From Candidatus Omnitrophota bacterium (GTDB lineage Bacteria > Omnitrophota > Omnitrophia > Omnitrophales > Aquincolibacteriaceae), in assembly GCA_903884815.1 (NCBI GenBank), contig CAISGE010000022.1, positions 19,031-83,030 on the forward strand: a stretch of 64,000 nt of DNA, read 5' to 3'. The translations under genes and the position numbers were made by a program. Positions 62,262-64,000 of the stretch are shown here, piece after piece. The stretch's first letter is position 1. Each line of letters begins with the position of its first letter. The notes beneath the pieces were generated by a model that was given only the letters and a program-made list of their open reading frames with translations, was not told where the DNA came from and did no database searches.

Positions 62262-63310
62262 CAGTTTTTTACTCCCAGAAGACGGAAAAGGCGGTCCGTC
62301 AGGATCTCATCCCCCGAAACGACCTTGAGCCTCGCGGCCAAGACAAGCGGGTTTAGCGTTTCGGAAATGAGTTCCCGGGAACGGTAAAAATCTTTTTCCG
62401 TCGTGATGATCTCTTCAGCCCCGGCCGACTTGGCAACTTCTTTGACCTTCAGAAGCTCTTCTTTCGTGTACTCGTGATGATCCAAAAATTCGAAATTCCG
62501 GACGGTCTTGAGCTGAAAGCGCTGGAGGACCAGTTGGAAGGACCGGGGGGTGCCCACGGCGGCAAAGGTCGAGACTCGGCGTCCCGCCATTTTTTCGATC
62601 GCCACCCGGACCTTGGTCTTCGCCCGGTAGAGAAAGAGGACTTCCATAACCGTTTCCACCAACTGCGCCTGAGGGGCCAACGTCGCGATCTTGGCCTTTA
62701 AAGTCTTGAGTTCTTCGGGGCTCACGAGATTGACGTGCGTCAAAACGATGATCGCCGCGCGGTTAAGCACCGAAAGCGGTTCGCGCAGGCTGCCGCGCGG
62801 GATCAGTTGCCCGTTCCCGAACGGGTTCAGGCAATTGATGACAATAATATCCACATCACGCGCGAGCTTCTGATGCTGGAGCCCGTCGTCAAGAATGGCG
62901 ATGTCGACATGGCGCTTTTCCTCTTGGACTCGGGCGGCGACCTTCGCGCGATCTTCTCCGACACCGATGATCGCTGCCGGGAGATGGTTCTGAAGTTCGA
63001 GGGCCTCATCGTGACTGTAGCCGCGTGTAAGCACGAGCGGCACGCGCCGGTGGGTGCCGATCTTGCGTGCGAGATACTCCACGAAAGGCGTTTTGCCCGT
63101 GCCACCCCAGGTCAGGTTGCCGACACTGATGACCGGATACGGGAGGCGTTTACGCGCCAGGATCTTGTTTTCATAAAGCCCGCGAAAGATCCTTACCCCG
63201 AGGCCATACCCCCACGATGCGATGGAAAGAAGTGCCTGAAGCAGGCCGCTCGTCGCATCATGCTGTTTGTCCTCTGCCAGAAGTCGAAAATAATTCTTCA
63301 TGCTTGCCAT
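62261..63310 (-). CDS. lpxK: Tetraacyldisaccharide 4'-kinase
   Basis: ISVGNL..GGTGKTP, LDDGLQH, P.G.LREP, DHH, TTEKD. Confidence 0.95.
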   Translation of the reverse strand: MASMKNYFRLLAEDKQHDATSGLLQALLSIASWGYGLGVRIFRGLYENKILARKRLPYPVISVGNLTWGGTGKTPFVEYLARKIGTHRRVPLVLTRGYSHDEALELQNHLPAAIIGVGEDRAKVAARVQEEKRHVDIAILDDGLQHQKLARDVDIIVINCLNPFGNGQLIPRGSLREPLSVLNRAAIIVLTHVNLVSPEELKTLKAKIATLAPQAQLVETVMEVLFLYRAKTKVRVAIEKMAGRRVSTFAAVGTPRSFQLVLQRFQLKTVRNFEFLDHHEYTKEELLKVKEVAKSAGAEEIITTEKDFYRSRELISETLNPLVLAARLKVVSGDEILTDRLFRLLGVKN

Positions 63311-64000
63311 GTTGCTTGATCCTTTCGTGGGAACGTCGGCCCGAAAGAAACGTCAGGATCCACCCGGCCTGACGCTTGCTGGCGCCCCGTAAACGGTTAA
63401 TGATCTGAAAAGCCCTTTGACCCATATCATGACGCCTGCCCTCAGTCGCGAGGAGCTCCGCCGCCGCGGACGACAGTTCGTCCGGAGCCGAGATCCTGAG
63501 AGCGCCACCGTCATGATCGAGCTGGTGGTAGATCTTGTGAAAGTTAAAAACATGCGGTCCATGGAGCACTGCCTTTCCGAAACGCGCGGGCTCGATCGGG
63601 TTCTGACCCCCATGAGGGATCAGACTCCCGCCCATGAACACTAAGTCCGCGATCCTGTACAGATTCCTGAGAACGCCTAACTGATCCAGAACCCAGACGT
63701 CGGGTGCCGGACCTTCCTTCTTCAACGAAGACAAGGCGCCGCTGAGACCTTCCTGCCCTGTCTGCTTCAAAAGCCCTTGTACACGCTCGATATGCCGCGG
63801 CGCGAGAATAAGCTTGAGCTTCGGAAACTGCCCGCGCAACGTCTTGAAAGCCTTCACGATCATGTCTTCTTCGCCGGGATGCGTGCTCCCAGCGATCCAT
63901 ACGAGATCCTCCGTCGAATAACCCCAAGCCTGACGGAGCCCCCCCTCGTCGGCACCGCTCTCCCCGTCCCAATTGACGTTGTCAAATTTCATATTTCCCA
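63258..64000 (-). CDS. waaA: KDO transferase (5' end lies outside the window)
   Basis: GN.KFD, AGSTH.GEE, APRH.ER, GGSL...GG.NPIEPA, GP...NF. Confidence 0.93.
   Translation of the reverse strand, partial: GNMKFDNVNWDGESGADEGGLRQAWGYSTEDLVWIAGSTHPGEEDMIVKAFKTLRGQFPKLKLILAPRHIERVQGLLKQTGQEGLSGALSSLKKEGPAPDVWVLDQLGVLRNLYRIADLVFMGGSLIPHGGQNPIEPARFGKAVLHGPHVFNFHKIYHQLDHDGGALRISAPDELSSAAAELLATEGRRHDMGQRAFQIINRLRGASKRQAGWILTFLSGRRSHERIKQHGKHEELFSTSGRGQTA

Overview
Bacterial chromosomal segment, moderately high GC. Gene content and order suggest a diderm of the PVC superphylum, most like Omnitrophota; this is inference and was not verified. All ~67 credible genes lie on the minus strand. From left to right: hisG, mgtC-like, tsaD and a gatCAB operon split by two inserted genes. 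Next is a ~12 kb metal/redox block: DUF2892, RND permease and TolC with no adaptor gene, DsbA, DUF134-arsC-acr3, and fur-feoA-feoB-small Cys protein-putative outer-membrane barrel. Then come two tandem type IV pilin-like genes, plsC, an SF1 helicase, AmmeMemo A/B, an HD-GYP protein, a short Rho, an ABC-F ATPase, ahcY/metK, a PTS cluster with hpf but no rpoN, lptB/lptC-A, the Kdo genes, pyrG, and an LPS core/lipid A cluster with two fusion proteins. No rRNA, tRNA, CRISPR array, transposase or integrase was recognised. Best leads: (i) an arsenic operon headed by a Cys-rich DUF134 protein instead of ArsR, with a perfect 20-bp operator over a consensus sigma70 promoter; (ii) a ~140-nt rod-like candidate RNA with its own candidate promoter upstream of the efflux genes; (iii) an attenuator-like leader before the NTP-transferase-metK-ahcY genes; (iv) several families of short palindromic or heptamer repeats, some translated inside gatA and tsaD and one sitting where an expected gene is missing.
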